Shown: positions 25,320 through 38,687 of the stretch, one piece after another
Layout: each line of letters begins with the position of its first letter
Numbering within the stretch: position 1 is the stretch's first letter
Assembly: GCA_001643675.2 (NCBI GenBank)
Contig: LSRY02000018.1
Span: 1,178,001 to 1,242,000, forward strand
Source of the DNA: Monocercomonoides exilis PA203
Taxonomy: Eukaryota; Protista; Preaxostyla
Direction of reading: 5' to 3'
DNA length: 64,000 bases
Made by a program: the position numbers and the translations under genes
The notes under the pieces: model-generated
What the model was told of the DNA's origin: nothing
Database searches by the model: none
Seen by the model: only the letters and a program-made list of their open reading frames with translations

Positions 25320-25478
25320 ATTTGTTTAAAAATATTCTGGAACCTAAAGAAAAAAATATTTGCTGTTTTAAACTCAAAAGCATCAACTAAATAAGTTCTG
25401 AAAACTCATTTATTGTGCTTTGAAGTAATTATTTTTAGTTGCAAATATTTTCCCTAAAAACGCTTGAAGTGCCATATT

Positions 25479-25499
25479 CCCCCCCCCCCCCCCCCCCCC
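25479..25499. repeat. C21 homopolymer
   Basis: Directly visible in very AT-rich context between two MITE-like copies. Confidence 0.9.
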
Positions 25500-25530
25500 A
25501 TATGTTTTCAATGAAAAAGATAGAAGTTTC

Positions 25531-25795
25531 ATATGGGTGAAAAATTATTGTTATCAAATTTTTTTTCATGAGTTGATTTATCAGAGATTGTATGTTTATG
25601 AAAGAAATGTTTTATTCAAGAGAGAACAAGCATGATAGTTGTTTTTGAAACTAAAATGTTTCACCCTAATTAAAGATGAAGATGTATTCAATAAGCCTTT
25701 TCACTTTTCAATGTTCATTTGTGAATATTCAAGAAAAAATTTTCTACAGAGTATTTTGTTTGAAAAAACATAATTTCAAAAATTGTCACCCATAT
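25531..25795. mobile_element. ~265-bp MITE-like element (family M, copy 2)
   Basis: atatgggtga ... tcacccatat inverted ends; interior aaagatgaagatgtattcaataagccttttcacttttcaat matches 39988-40028. Confidence 0.7.
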
Positions 25796-26092
25796 TATCA
25801 CCAAAGTGACAAGAAATTTCAATTCAATTTTTTTTTTATATTTGTGTTTTGTGGGTTCTTGAACATTAATAAAAAAGAATATTCAATTTTCATTAAAATG
25901 CATCGAAATTTCATAACCAAAAAACATATCATTGGAGAAACACATATTTTTTTCTTAAAAAAAAGATTTCTTTAGCTTGGAACCTAATTAAGACGCATCA
26001 GTTTTTATACCCTTTGTTTATGATGAGAAAATACAAAAAATTACGGTTTAATAGGAAAGATCAAAGATAACTCTAAAATACTTAGTCAAATA

Positions 26093-29000
26093 ATGCTTCA
26101 TAAGCTTTATATTTTACTTTTTTGCATTGTAATCTCAGTGGAGCATAAGAGTTCTAAGATAGAAAATCAATTAGAAACATATTTTGTGACAAGTGAGCCT
26201 CAAAACTACACAATCATACTAAAAAATAAGATCAATGAGCATTGCCAAGTGAGGACATGTGCTCATCTGGTGAATTCATCCCTTGTTCTTTCCCGGTCGT
26301 GTTTGTTGAAAGGGAGTATAGGAGTGGTGGAAACTGTGGATGTTCTGTCTGAAATGAAGATATCTGACTGTGAGCTGGAAGCAGAGGGTGTGATGGGAAG
26401 TTCGTTTTTTGTGAGTGTTGCTGGTGTTGTGGAAATGAACAATATTTCAGTTGGATCAGGGAAGCAGGGAATGTGTGTGAATTCGCTTTTTTCGAACAGG
26501 CAGATTGGCAGAAAAGATGGGGCAAGTGGCTCAGTTCTTTTGAAATCCTCGAATTTTTTGTCACTCTCCGTTTCAGAGGGGCCGTTCATGGATGCCTATG
26601 GAACAAACAGCATCTGGATGTGTGAGACAGTGTTCAGCAACATTTCTGTGGAAAGGAAAGTGGGAGGACACAGAAATGTTGGAAGGGATGGCTGCCAAAC
26701 AACAATGGTTGGCTGCTGTTTCGTTTCGATGGAAGATGTGTTTTATGGGGGCATCGTCAACCCAGGCTGTTGTACTATGTCTCATTTGAACTCGATCAAC
26801 AACACATACACAAACATCAACAGAGTCAAGAATGCGAATCAAACATATTCCGATGTTGAAGGGCATCAGTCTTTGAATTGCTCGGGATCCTTTGAAGATG
26901 ACACTTTCATCAATTGCTCAGCAACATCTGGTGGCGCAATTTCAATTTCAGGGTTAGAATCTGCTCTCACAGCCACAAGATGTCAATTCCAAAAGTGTTC
27001 AGCAAGGAACAATGGAGGGGCTATCAGTGGGGAAAGAATGCTTTCAACGAGAGTGAATTCGAGTGTTTTCAACAACATTTCAGGGGGGGAAAATACTTCA
27101 ATTGGATATGGAGGATGTTTGCATTTTCTTGAGGTTTTAGATGGATCCTTGATTGAGAATTCTGTATTCAACAATATCTATCAATGCACCTCCGGTGGGT
27201 CGATTTATTTCAGAGCATTAAGCAGTTATCAATATTCAAATACACCGGATTCCATTTCAAATTGTACCTTTGCGAACAGCACAGTTAGAAATGGAACTGA
27301 TGGTTGTGTTGGATATGAGCAAACAAAATCAAACTTCACAGTTACAGAATATTATTGTCAGAATTCAAGTTGCCAGCATGATGCGGGATCTCTTTTTTTT
27401 GCGGTATTTCCAGGAAAGGATTATTCCAATTCAAGAGTATCATTTTGTTTTTTCCACAACAATTCATGTGGAGCGAATTTCAATGGAAATGATGTGTATG
27501 TGCAAGATGGATCAGGATTGTTTTTGGGAGACAAATTCGTTGAATGCTTTTCCACCACTTTGTCCAAAAGATTGCATCACACTCTGAAAGGGACACAGAA
27601 TGAATGGATTCCGTTGTTTGACACCCGATTTGTGGATGTGGTCTCTGGAGATGATGAAGAGTGGACATGTGGGATGAGAGCAGACCAGCCATGCAAAACA
27701 GTGAAAGGTGCGCTGGACCACTCGGGAGAGGAGCACTCGTGGGTTGTGAAAGTGGGGAGCGAAATCACATATGAATCGGGAATGGAGATTGGGGGAAAGT
27801 GGTTGGGATTGAATCGACAGAACACAGCAGAGAAGCGAGAAATGCGATGATGTGGAATGGAGAGGGGGGAAGGCTGTTTGGGATTGGGGCAGGAAGGCTG
27901 AAGATAAGGTGGATGAATGTGAGTGTGAAGATGGCAGGGTGGGTGAGTGTGTCAGTGTTTGTGATGAGTGGAGACGGGGAGCTGAGAGTGGACGAGAGTG
28001 TTGTGGGGTGTGTTTGCGATGGGGAGGATTGTGGGATGGAAAGAGCAGTGTTTGTGCTTGGGGGTGGAGAGACACGGATTGTGAGCTCGTTGATTGTGGG
28101 GATGAGATTCAGGATGGGAGGGAGTGTTTTTGGGATGAGTGGAAGGGCGAGGGTTGTGATGGAGGGATCGGAGGTGAGCGGGGTTGTGAAGACAGAAGGG
28201 AACGGAAGCGTGGTAGAGAGGGTTGTTGGGGAGGGAGAGGTGTTTGAGTTTGACAACTGCACAGTGCGGGGGTGTGAGTGCAGGGAGGGAGATGGGGGAG
28301 GAATATATGTGTGTGTGAAGAAGGGAGGGAAGGTGGGGTGGGAAACAGCACATCGACAGAAAACACTGTGGAGTTTGTGGGGTGCCAGGCAGGGAGTGGG
28401 GGTGGTGAAAGGGGAGGGAGGGGAGGGAGAGGAGGAGGGGTGTATTTGCGGGTGGAGGATGAGGATGTGGATCTGTGTGTGAAGAATGTGGGATTTGTCG
28501 AGAACAGAGGGGAGGAAGGGAAGGATTTGTTTGTGGAATCGGGGGATCTGAAAGGGTGTGTGAATGTGAAGAGATTTGTGCATGTGAAGGAATGGAGCAA
28601 TGGGAGTGTGGAGAGTTGTGTGGGGGTTGATGAGAAGTGGCCGGATGTGATGATTCCGCTGGTGTTCTATGTGATGGAGAGGGAGGAGAGGGTGGTGGTG
28701 GGGAGCGGAGGGCATGATGTGTCAGCGTGTGGATTCATGGAGTATCCGTGTCGGAGCGTGTGGTATTCGATGGAGCAGCAGGGTGGAGGGAGGAAGGAGG
28801 TGGTGGTGGTTGGGGAGTACCGGATGGAGGAGAATGTTTTGTTTGGTGGAGGACAGGAGTATGTGTTGAATGGAGGAGGAAGGGAAGGAGAAAAGGGCAG
28901 AAGTGGTGGTTGTGGGGAGCACGTCAGGAGCAGCTGGGGTTGTGACGATCGGAGGGGTTGGGAGGATGGAGGAGCTGGGGCTGGTGCTGGAGGCAGAGCT

Positions 29001-32000
29001 GGCAGAAGAAGGGATGAGTGTGGCCAGTGTGAGCGGAGATGGTGGGGAGGTGGAGATGGCGAAATGCACAGTGCGAGGGGATGGGTGCGAAAATGGAGTG
29101 GGGTTCAGTTTTGTGAGGGCGAGTGGGGGAAAAGTGACGCTGAGCGAGTTGGAAGTGTTTGTTGTTGCAGGATATGAGGAGTCGAGATCGTTTGTGGAGG
29201 TGAGTGGAGGAGGATGCATTGTCAGCGTGAGGAATTCGAGTGTGGAAGGAGGAGGAGGTGGAGCGGGAAAGAGGAGCCGGTTTCTGAAAAGTGAGGGAGC
29301 AGGGAGTGTTGAGCTGTGGAACAGCACATTGAGAGGGATTGTTGTGGGAGGGGGAGATGGGGGGATTGTGTCAGGGGTTGTGGGGCTTGGGCAGAAAATA
29401 AGTATTGATGGGGGAACATTGAATGGGGTGTGCATGGAGGGGAATGGCGGGGGAGTGGAGGTGGTTGTGTCGGATGGCGGAACAGTGGAAGTTGGGAGGC
29501 GGCTGAGCACGGAGTTTTCATTGTGCAGTGCGGGGATGAGAAATGAGGGAGGGGGAGTTGGAGGGGGAGTTGGAGTGGGAAGAGGAGGGTTTGGAGGGGG
29601 GATGATGGTGAAGATGGAGGAAGGGAGCAGAGAGATATATGTGAAGACAGTGAAGTTCAGCGGGTGCAGTGCAGGAAAGGCGGGGAGAGACATATTCATG
29701 GAGGCAGAAAAGCTGTCGGAGGTGGTGGACAGCGAAAGGATGGGATGGATCACGAATGTGTCAGACCGGGCAGGGGCGATGGGGTATGAGAATGGATGTG
29801 AGCACGGGATCCCGCTTGTGCTGTATCTGCAGCCAGAGCCGTCGGTGATTGCAGTCGGGGGAGCAGAGAGCTGGGATTTTGAGCGATGTGGATACGAAGG
29901 AGCTGGGTGCAGAACACTGGACTATGCGATGGAGAAGCGGGGAAGCATCCTGGGGCTTCGGAGCACGATTGAGATGAGTGTGAGTCTGGAGCGGGAGCAT
30001 GTGATTGGGGAAGGGACTGTTGTTGTGGAAGGGAAAGGGGCAGGGTGTGTGGTGGATGTGGGGGGAAGCGGGGAAAAGAAGCAGGATGAGCTGGTGGTGA
30101 ACAAGGCGACGACCACAATTGGGAATGTGGGGATTCAGGTGCCTTGTGGGTTGAACGGGAGAAGAAGTTTTGTGAAGAGCATTGGAGGGGCGCTGACGAT
30201 GAGGAGTGTGGTTGTTGTTGCGAAGGAGGGGAGCATGGTGGGGTTCAGGATTGTTGAGGCGACAGGAGGGAGTGTGATTCTGTCTCAGGTGGAGATGAGC
30301 GGGATCTGTTTCGGCGAGTGTCCGTTCTGTGAAGCGAGGGATGAAGGATGGGTGACAGTGTCATCGTGCACAGTGAGTGGGTGCAGCACCACATGTGGAG
30401 GAGGGCTTGTGCATGTGGAGGGAGGAGGGTCGATGAGCGTGCAAGGATCGGAGCTGACAGGGGTGGGAAGAGTGGGTGGTGGGAGGGCAGTGTGTGGGAA
30501 GGGAGGAAAGAGTGTGGAGATCTTGAACTCGAACATGAGTCTGTGGAAGGTGGGAGACGGGGATGGCGGGGCAGCGTATGTGGAGGTTGGGGAAGGGAGT
30601 GTGTTTGTGTGGAAGGGGAATGTTGTGAGAGACAGCATATCGGAAGGGGGGTGTGGAGGGGGATTGAAGATTGGAGTTGAGGGAAGCGGGAAGGTGAGGG
30701 TTGGGCAGAGCGGGGTGGTGACAAAGTTTGTGGGATGCAGGGCATTGAAGAAGGAAAACAGAGGAGGATGTGGAGGAGGGGTGGCGATGGAGTTTATTGG
30801 GGAAGGTGAAGTGGGAAGAGACTATTTGGTGGAAGGTTTGACATTCGAAGACAACATGGCAGAAAGAGGGGCAAAGATGTTTGTGGAAGCAGAGGAGCTG
30901 TGGAGGGTTGTGACAGCGGAGAGTGTGAAAGTGGGAGGGGTGGAGGCAGCAGGGACAAGCAATGAGCATGTTGGATTCGACAAAGGGGAGGAGCTGGATG
31001 TTCCGCTTTGGGTGTGTGTGAGTGAATGGGAAGAGCCGGGGTATGTGGGGGAAGAAGGGGTGGACTACAGGGTGTGTGGGTTTGAGAGGTATCCGTGCGG
31101 GTCAGTTGGGTTTGCGATCGGGGCGCGGTTTGGGGTGGGGAAGGTGCACATCCGACTTGTGGAGTCATACGTGATAAGGGCAGAGATAGTGGCAGAAAGG
31201 CAGGAGGTGGATATTGAAGGGGCAGTTGAAGGGGCAGGTGTTGGAGTGGCGAGGGATGTGGAAGGGGTGGAGAGTGTGTGTTTGGAACGAGAGGAGGGGT
31301 GGGGCGATTTTGCGGGATGAAAATGGGAGTGCCGAGCTCGTTTGCACCAGCTCGGAGAAGCTTGTTTTGCTGCAGCGGAGGGGAGCTGTGTGTGGAGAAG
31401 TGGGAGATGGAAGCAGAGGGAGGGGCTGCGACATATTGTGTGGCAGAGTGCACAGCAGGGCTGATGACGCTGCGGAATGTGACAGTGAAGGATGTGAACA
31501 TTTTGACAGAGACTGGTGTTGTTGTGGTTGTTGTGAAGGGCGATGGAGCAAAAGGGGTGATTGACTTGCTGGTGTTGGAGAACATAACGGGAGGAGGGAG
31601 GGAGGATTGGTGGAGCTTGGGGGAGGGGCAACAGCGAAGTGGGGCAACTCAACAGTTGGGTCATGTGTGTTTGGGGAGCATGGGGCAGTGAGATTTGAGA
31701 GAGGGGTGAGCATGGAAATGGGGAACAACACGTTTGAAGGGGTGGCTCGAGAGAGTGGGAAAGGAGGGGTGATGGAAGGGGTCGTTGGGGGTTGGAGAAG
31801 GTGGTTGTGAAGGATTGTCGGCTGATTGAAGTGGAGTGCCGGGAAGGGAGCGGAAAGGGAGGAGGGGGATACGTGGAGGTTGAGGAAGGAGGAGAGTTTT
31901 GTTTGATTCGAACAGGGTTTGGGGGAACAAGGTGAACAGTGGGGATGGGCAGGGGGCGGGATGTATCTGGTGCTGGGATCGAGGAATGTGAAATACAGTG

Positions 32001-35000
32001 TGAAGATGGTGGAGTTTGGGGAGAACGAGGCGTATGAGGGGAAGAACGCGTATGTTGTGTGTGCGGATGCACGAGCACTGGTGAACGAGAAGTGGTGGAG
32101 TGGGTCGGCGAGGGAGTCGGATGGAGAAGAGAAGCAGCTGTGGGTGTATGATGAGGCGAGCGGGCGGAGCCTGTCGATGCTGCCGTATCTGTTTCCGGCA
32201 GACGAAGCGATTGTGTTTGTGAATGGAGGGAGGGGAGCAACACAAAGGATTGCGGGGAGGAGGTGCGGCCGTGCTTGGATGTGGTGTATGGGGTGAAGCA
32301 AATGGGGGAAGGGCAAAGGATAGTGCAGATTGTGGGGAATGGAAGGGTGGATGGGGCGGCGAAGGGAAAGGGAGGATGGCTGACGATTCAGGGAAGAAGG
32401 AGACAAGGGCTTTGGTGGCGGTTGGAAGGGAGGGGCATTTGGAGTTGACAGGAGAGGCAGGGATGGTGGGGCTGATGCTGAGCAGACTGAGGTTTTGCCT
32501 TCCATGCACATCGACACATGGGGAGGTGATAGAGGTGAGGGCCGGGGAGTGTTCGATTGTGAACTGCTCATTTGAGGCAGGAGAGGAAGGAGCAGGAGCA
32601 GGAGGAGGAGCAGAGACAACAGGAATGGGGATGTGGATAGGAAGGGGAAGTGGGGGTCATTGGAGATGAGCGGAATCAGGATAGAGGATGTCAGGTTTGG
32701 AGCAGGATGTGGGGTGTTTGATGTGGAAGGAGGAGAAGTGAGTGTTGAAGGGCATTTATTGGCGGGGTGGATGGAGAGGGCAGTTCGGTGATTGTGTGTG
32801 AGAAGTGTGAGAGAGTGAATGTGAGTGGGGTAGAGATGGGAAACTGCAGTTGTGGAGAGGCGGTTGTTGTGCTGAGGGGAGTGAAGAGAGGGTGGATTGG
32901 GAATGGGAGCATGGTGGATGGGTGTGTGTCATCAAAGGGAAAGGGGGGCTGGCTGAGGTGGGAGGCAAGCGAGGAGGAGGAGGAGGAGGAGGAGGAGAAA
33001 GAGAATGAAAAAGAAGAAGAAGAAGGAGAGGTGATGATCGAAGGAATAGAGGTGAAGGGGTGTGTGGCAGAGGGGGAGGAAGGGAAAGGAGGAGGAATAT
33101 GGATGAGGCTGAATGGGAGGAAGGAGGGGGAGTTGTTGTTGAGGGATGTTGTGTTTGGGAGGAACAGAGCGAGAGAGGGGAGGGATTTGTATGTGGAATG
33201 TGAGTCACTGAACAGGACAGTGAAGGCAGAGTGGATAGTGAATGTTGTGTGTGGAGAAGGAGAAGGGGAAGGAGAAGTGGAGATGAGAGGGAGAGACAGG
33301 GAGCACTTTTTTGGAGAAGCAGTGGACTTGATGATGTTTGTTCTGCAATATGTGAGCAGGAGTGTTTGTGTGGGGAGGAAGGGGTTTGACATGGTTGGGT
33401 GCGGGAGCACAGCGTACCCCTGTGCAACATTCTGGAGAGGATTCATGAACACAGAGGCGAGCAGCGAGAAGAAGGAAATGATTATTGACGGGGAGTGCGA
33501 GGTGAGGAGGAGCTATGACTTGTCGCGGTTTGTGATCCGATCGGCAGGCGGAGCGAGTGGAGAAGAGAAGATGGGAACACTGAAATTTGGAGGGGGCTTG
33601 GATGAAGAGGCAGGAGGAGGAGGAGAAGGAGTTGTTCGGAACATGGAAGGATTGAAGGTTGAGAAGATAAAGTTTTTGGTGGGGGCGCAGCTGCCTGGGA
33701 GCAAAGGGTGTGTGATCTATTCGTACTCGTATGTGGGAGGGGTGGAGCTGTCAGAGAGCATTGTTGAGGAGGAAATGGGGGTGTGGCTGGGGTTCAGCTT
33801 TGTGGTTGTGGAATGTGGGGAGTTGACAGTGAGAGGGTGCGTGGTGAAAGGGATTTGGACGTTGGCTCCTGTGTTGAAGGTGTCAGTGGCAGGGAGCGGA
33901 TTGATTGAAAACACGCAGTTTGAGGATGTGAGTATTGGAGACAGCAGTGTTGTGGAAGTGGTTGGGACAGGGAGCAAGGGAGGTGGGAGATGGAACGGGG
34001 AGAACAGGATGGCTGTGAATGGATGCTCGTTTGTGGGGCTGAAGTCGGAGGTTGGAGGAGAAGGGGTGGTGCTGAGAGGAAGTGTGTTTGGAGAAGTGGT
34101 TGTGAATGGGTGCAAGGTGGAGGATGTGTTTGCCGGAGGGTCGTTGAGGGAGGCGGGATAGGGATATGTGTGAAAGGGGAAGGGAGAATGGAGGTGAATG
34201 GAACGAGTGTGAAGAAGTGTATGTGCGAGAGGAGGAGTGGGAAAGGAGGAGGATGTATTTGATGTGCACGGAAGCGCTGAGGGAATTGCCATTTGGAGTG
34301 AAGAACATGATATTTGGAGGGAATGAGGCATGGATGGGGAGGAACATGTTTGTGGTGGCAGCAGACCTGAATGGAAGTGTGAATGAAGAGAGTCTGAATG
34401 TGTTGTTGGAAGGAATGGGATGGGACGAGAAATCGTTTTGTGGGGAAGATGAGATGGTGGGGGTTGTGGACCTGCTGATGTTTGTGATGAGTTATGAGAG
34501 CAGCACAGTGCATGTGTCGACAAGGGGGCTGGATGTGAGGCGGTGTGGAAGCGAGAAGGAGCCGTGCAAGACATTTTATGGAGGGTTCATGCACATTGGA
34601 GGAGAAGGAGAAGAGGATGATGGGGAGAAGAAGGTTGTGGTGGAGGATGCGAGTGTGATGAGGGAAGGATACGACTTGTCGGGTTTTGGAATTGAGGGGG
34701 TGATGGTGAGGTTGAGACAGGGAAGAAAGCGATTCTGTTGATGGAGAACGGAGGGGCAGGAGGAGAGAGCGAGGCATGGATGGAAAACCGGGGAAGGCTG
34801 GGGATAAGGGAGATTGGAATTGAGGTGGGGAAAGGGTTTGAGAGCAGAAAGGGGGCGATTATTGTGAATGAAGGGGAAAGCTGGAGCTGGGGAAATGTGA
34901 GTTTGTGTCGGAGAGCAGTGCGAACATGCCGGGGAGGTATTCATTTGTGGTGTGCATGGGAGGAGAGATGGAGGCAGAAGAGGTGAGAGTGAAGGATGTG

Positions 35001-38000
35001 TTTTATGAGAGAAGTGTGTTTGTGATTCGGGGAGTGAGGGAGTGCAAAGTGGAGAAGATGCATGGATCGTCTGTGAGCCTGTGGGGAGGGGCAGTGTTTG
35101 AGATTGATTGCGAGGAAGGGGCAGAATGTTCGGGGAGAGGTCGGGAGTGGTTGTGAATGGGAGCACATTGGAAGGGATCAAGCGGAATGGGGAAGGGGCG
35201 AGTGTGATGGAGTGCGGGACGTCGAGGTGTGTGGATGTGGAGATAGTGGGGTGTGTGTTTGAGGTGTGTGTGTCGTCGGAGAGCGAGAAAGGGGGGATGA
35301 TGATGATGTGTGTGGAGGAAGGAGGGAGGATTGGGGTGAGGAAGTCGGAGGTGCGGCAGTGCAGCTGCTCGACGAGGAATGGGAAAGGAGGAGGGATGTA
35401 TGTGAGGAGCACAGTTGAAGGAGACGTGGAGATGATGTTTTCGGGGATCGAGTTTGAATCGAACACGGCGCATGTGGGGCGAGACATGTTCATCGAGTGC
35501 CACGACATCGGATCGCAGATAAATGAGACGCAGTTCAAGCTGGTGCTGAGCAGCGAGGTGTACAACCAAATCAACGCGATCTACGGGATGGATGAATGCG
35601 AGCATGCGCTTGAGCCGGTGAACCTGCTGGAGTTCATTATGACGTACCAGGCAGACACGATATTTGTGTCAGGCAGCGGGGCAGGAGCTGGGCTGGACAC
35701 AAAGAAGTGTGGGAGCCGGGCACTTCCGTGTGCTTCGATCGGGTATGGGCTGGGCCACATGACGAAGATATATGAGAGCAAGCTAGTTGTGGATGGGGAA
35801 AGCGAGATTGAAAGCGAAATTGAGCTGGCAGAAGTGGGAGTGCAGTCGAAGTGGAAAGAGCAAGCAGAGGTGCATGTGAGGTCTGGGATGAAGCAGACGA
35901 AGGATTGTGTGGTGGAGAGTGTGGGAGAGGTGGAGCTTGAGCAGCTGGTGTTTGTCTTTTCTGGTTCGTTTGTGTCTTCGCACAAAATGTTCATGGAGGT
36001 GGCATCAGGAACAGCTGAGCTGAGGAGCATTGGTGTGAGCAGCGAAGGCGAGGCAGGTGTTGGGAGAGTTCCATTTGTGCTGTTTAGCATCGGAAGCGGG
36101 GAGCACGGCGGAGAGAGTGGGATGAAGATGTGGGGATGCTCGATTGGAGGGATCAGCTGCGAACACGCGTTGATTGAAATTGGGAAGTGTGGCTCGCTGA
36201 TGGCAACAGAAGTGGTGCTGAAGGATATTGAGTGCGCAAAGTCGCTTGTTCAGATTGGGGCTTTGAGCGGGAATGTGTCTGTGAAAGAGGTGGAAGTGAA
36301 AAGAGCAAAGTTGGTGGAGGGTGCAGTGATAAGCCATGTGTGGACTGGAGGAAATGAGAATGAAGACTCAGAAGTCTCATCCATTTGCGGGATATCGCTG
36401 AGCCGCTTCGAGAACATCAGCAGAGAGACAAGCTCTCCATCGGTGATTTGTTGGGAGAGCGGTGCATCAGAGGGCTGGAATTGGTGAACTGCACGTGCAC
36501 TGGATGCACATCGGAGGCAGAGAGGAAAGGATGTTGGCATCTGTGGAGCAAATCATGTGGTGATGGGTGCATGCTTGTTTGCACTGGAAGACACACAAAG
36601 GATGGAGAAAGGGGTGGAATGGGATGGAGGTGTGTGCGAGTGGAGTGGATCGTTGGTGGATTGCACAGACTCATTGGTGATGATGAGAGACACAACGATT
36701 GCGAATGCGTCGTGTGGAGGGCTGTCGATGTGTGGGGAAGCGTGACGATTGTGAAAGGAGAATTCATCAACAACAACCCATCAATGGCAAAGTACCCTTC
36801 GATGCGGCGGAATGTGCTGTGTAGTGGAAATGGGATGGTGGATGTTCAGAGCCTGAAGGGAGGGGATGGGATGCAGCCGAGCACATCGCTGTGGATTATG
36901 GATGGTGGATGCGAGCTGATGGGGATTCCAGCAGAACGGGCATCGGCACTGTTCATCCCTCGGTTGGAGACAGTGAATATGGAAGAGAGCGGAAAAGAAA
37001 TGAAGCTGATTCTGGGCGGGATGCTGCTTCTCCCGTGCAATCTGAGCGTGCGTGTTGTTTCTGCTGTTGGGAGCACAGAATCTCTGGAAACATATGAACT
37101 GGAAGAGGAAGCAATTGTTTCAGAGACGGAAGCACATTATTGGATTGAGAAAGCAATGATCTGCTCTGCACCAGCCGAAGCAGAAGTTTCTGTGTGCATT
37201 CTGTTTGAAACGGTGATTCCGGTTCGTCGACTGCAAGGCATGTTCTGAAGAACCGAACAGAGACAAAAGCAAATGGAGATAAAAACTTGTTGAAAGTGGA
37301 AAAGAAGAAAACACTTTTTGGCCAATTATTGTAATTGCACTTGTTGTCATATTGTTGATTGTTCTGATTGTTTCGATTATTCTTGCTGTTCGATGGAGAA
37401 AGGCAAGGAATGAAGCGAAAGATTTGAGAGAGATAGTGAATGATAACATCAGAAAAGATCCGAAGGCGTTTGAGATGATAACGATGGAGATGTCTCCCGA
37501 GGAGCAGTGGAGGAGAGCAGAAAGAGAGGCAGAGAAGAAGAATGAAGAGAGGATAAAGAAGAGGGTGTATGATTCAAATATGGAACATTCAGAGTCATCA
37601 GAACATCTTCTATCTGAGAGTGGCTCAACTGAATACATATTGGGGAGAGACTCAGACAAAATCCCAGAATGGGCATTGGAGAAAGAAGAAGAAGAAGAGA
37701 TAAGAAAGCGAACACCTTCTCCATCTATCTCATCCACTTCAACTACTTCAACAACTGATTCAGATTCAACATTTGTTCGAATGGAGGATATGTGTCCAAC
37801 AACCTCTTCAATGTCGAATCTGGTAGATGCAATGGCCTGTTCATCACCACATGAGAAACTGATTGTGGATCTGAGGGATTCGCTATTTTTGTTGCTTCAT
37901 GGAAGAAATGAGAAAAAGAAATGGCGATCGGAAGTCTTCAGGAGAGGGAGCAAACAGCTTCCCAGATCCTGTTCTGGGTAGCTAGCCTTGCTCTCCACTC

Positions 38001-38687
38001 CTTTGATGAAATGGAAAACAAGCTTCAGTCATTGTCCAGTCTGAGTCCTCACATTGTACTCTTCTCTGAGCACATGGTGATCTGCATTGTGATGCACTCT
38101 GATTTCATTTCATCTGATGATTCTGATTCATCATCCATCTCATCATCAACAGTTGTCACTTCAGCAAGTGATGATGATGATGACAGTGACTCCCTTCCAC
38201 CATCAGCATTTGAGGATGAGGATGATTACAAGAAAGAGTGCTTGAGGTGGATGGCACCAGAATTGCTGATGAACAGGAAGATGGGGGCAACGAAGAAGTC
38301 TGTTGTGTTCTCGATAGGGATGATGCTGTGGGGTGCCTGACGCTGGAGATCCCGTTTGGGGAGTATCCAGCAGAGGTGGCGGGACAGAAGATAGCGAATG
38401 GGGAGAGGCCAGATGTTGCGAGGGCAGGCTCGCCAGATGGTGTGAAAGCAATCATCGCTTGTCTGTCAATGGGCCGGTACGCCAGGCCAACACTCACAGA
38501 CTTGAAGCGGGCATTCATCAGTCATTTTCCGGCTGGCTGTGCTGTTCTGACAGTGTCTGATGCAATTGGGCTGGAGGAAACAACAGACAGAGGCAAAAGA
38601 GAAAGTGGAAGTGCACAAAGTGGAAGTGCACAAAGTGGAAGTGCACAAAGTGGAAGTCTTGTGAGTGGGTACAGCACATTTGAATGA
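26093..38687 (+). CDS. Giant (~4,200 aa) single-pass receptor-like protein, copy 1: signal peptide, 8 Cys-capped beta-helix-like modules, TM, kinase-like C-lobe; many 1-bp homopolymer frameshifts as assembled
   Basis: Tiled ORFs from 26093 to 38687 are colinear with the opposite arm; GGAI and GGG.Y motifs; TM WPIIVIALVVILLIVLIVSIILAVRWRK; LRWMAPELL...VFSIGMMLWE...PF...RP. Confidence 0.85.
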
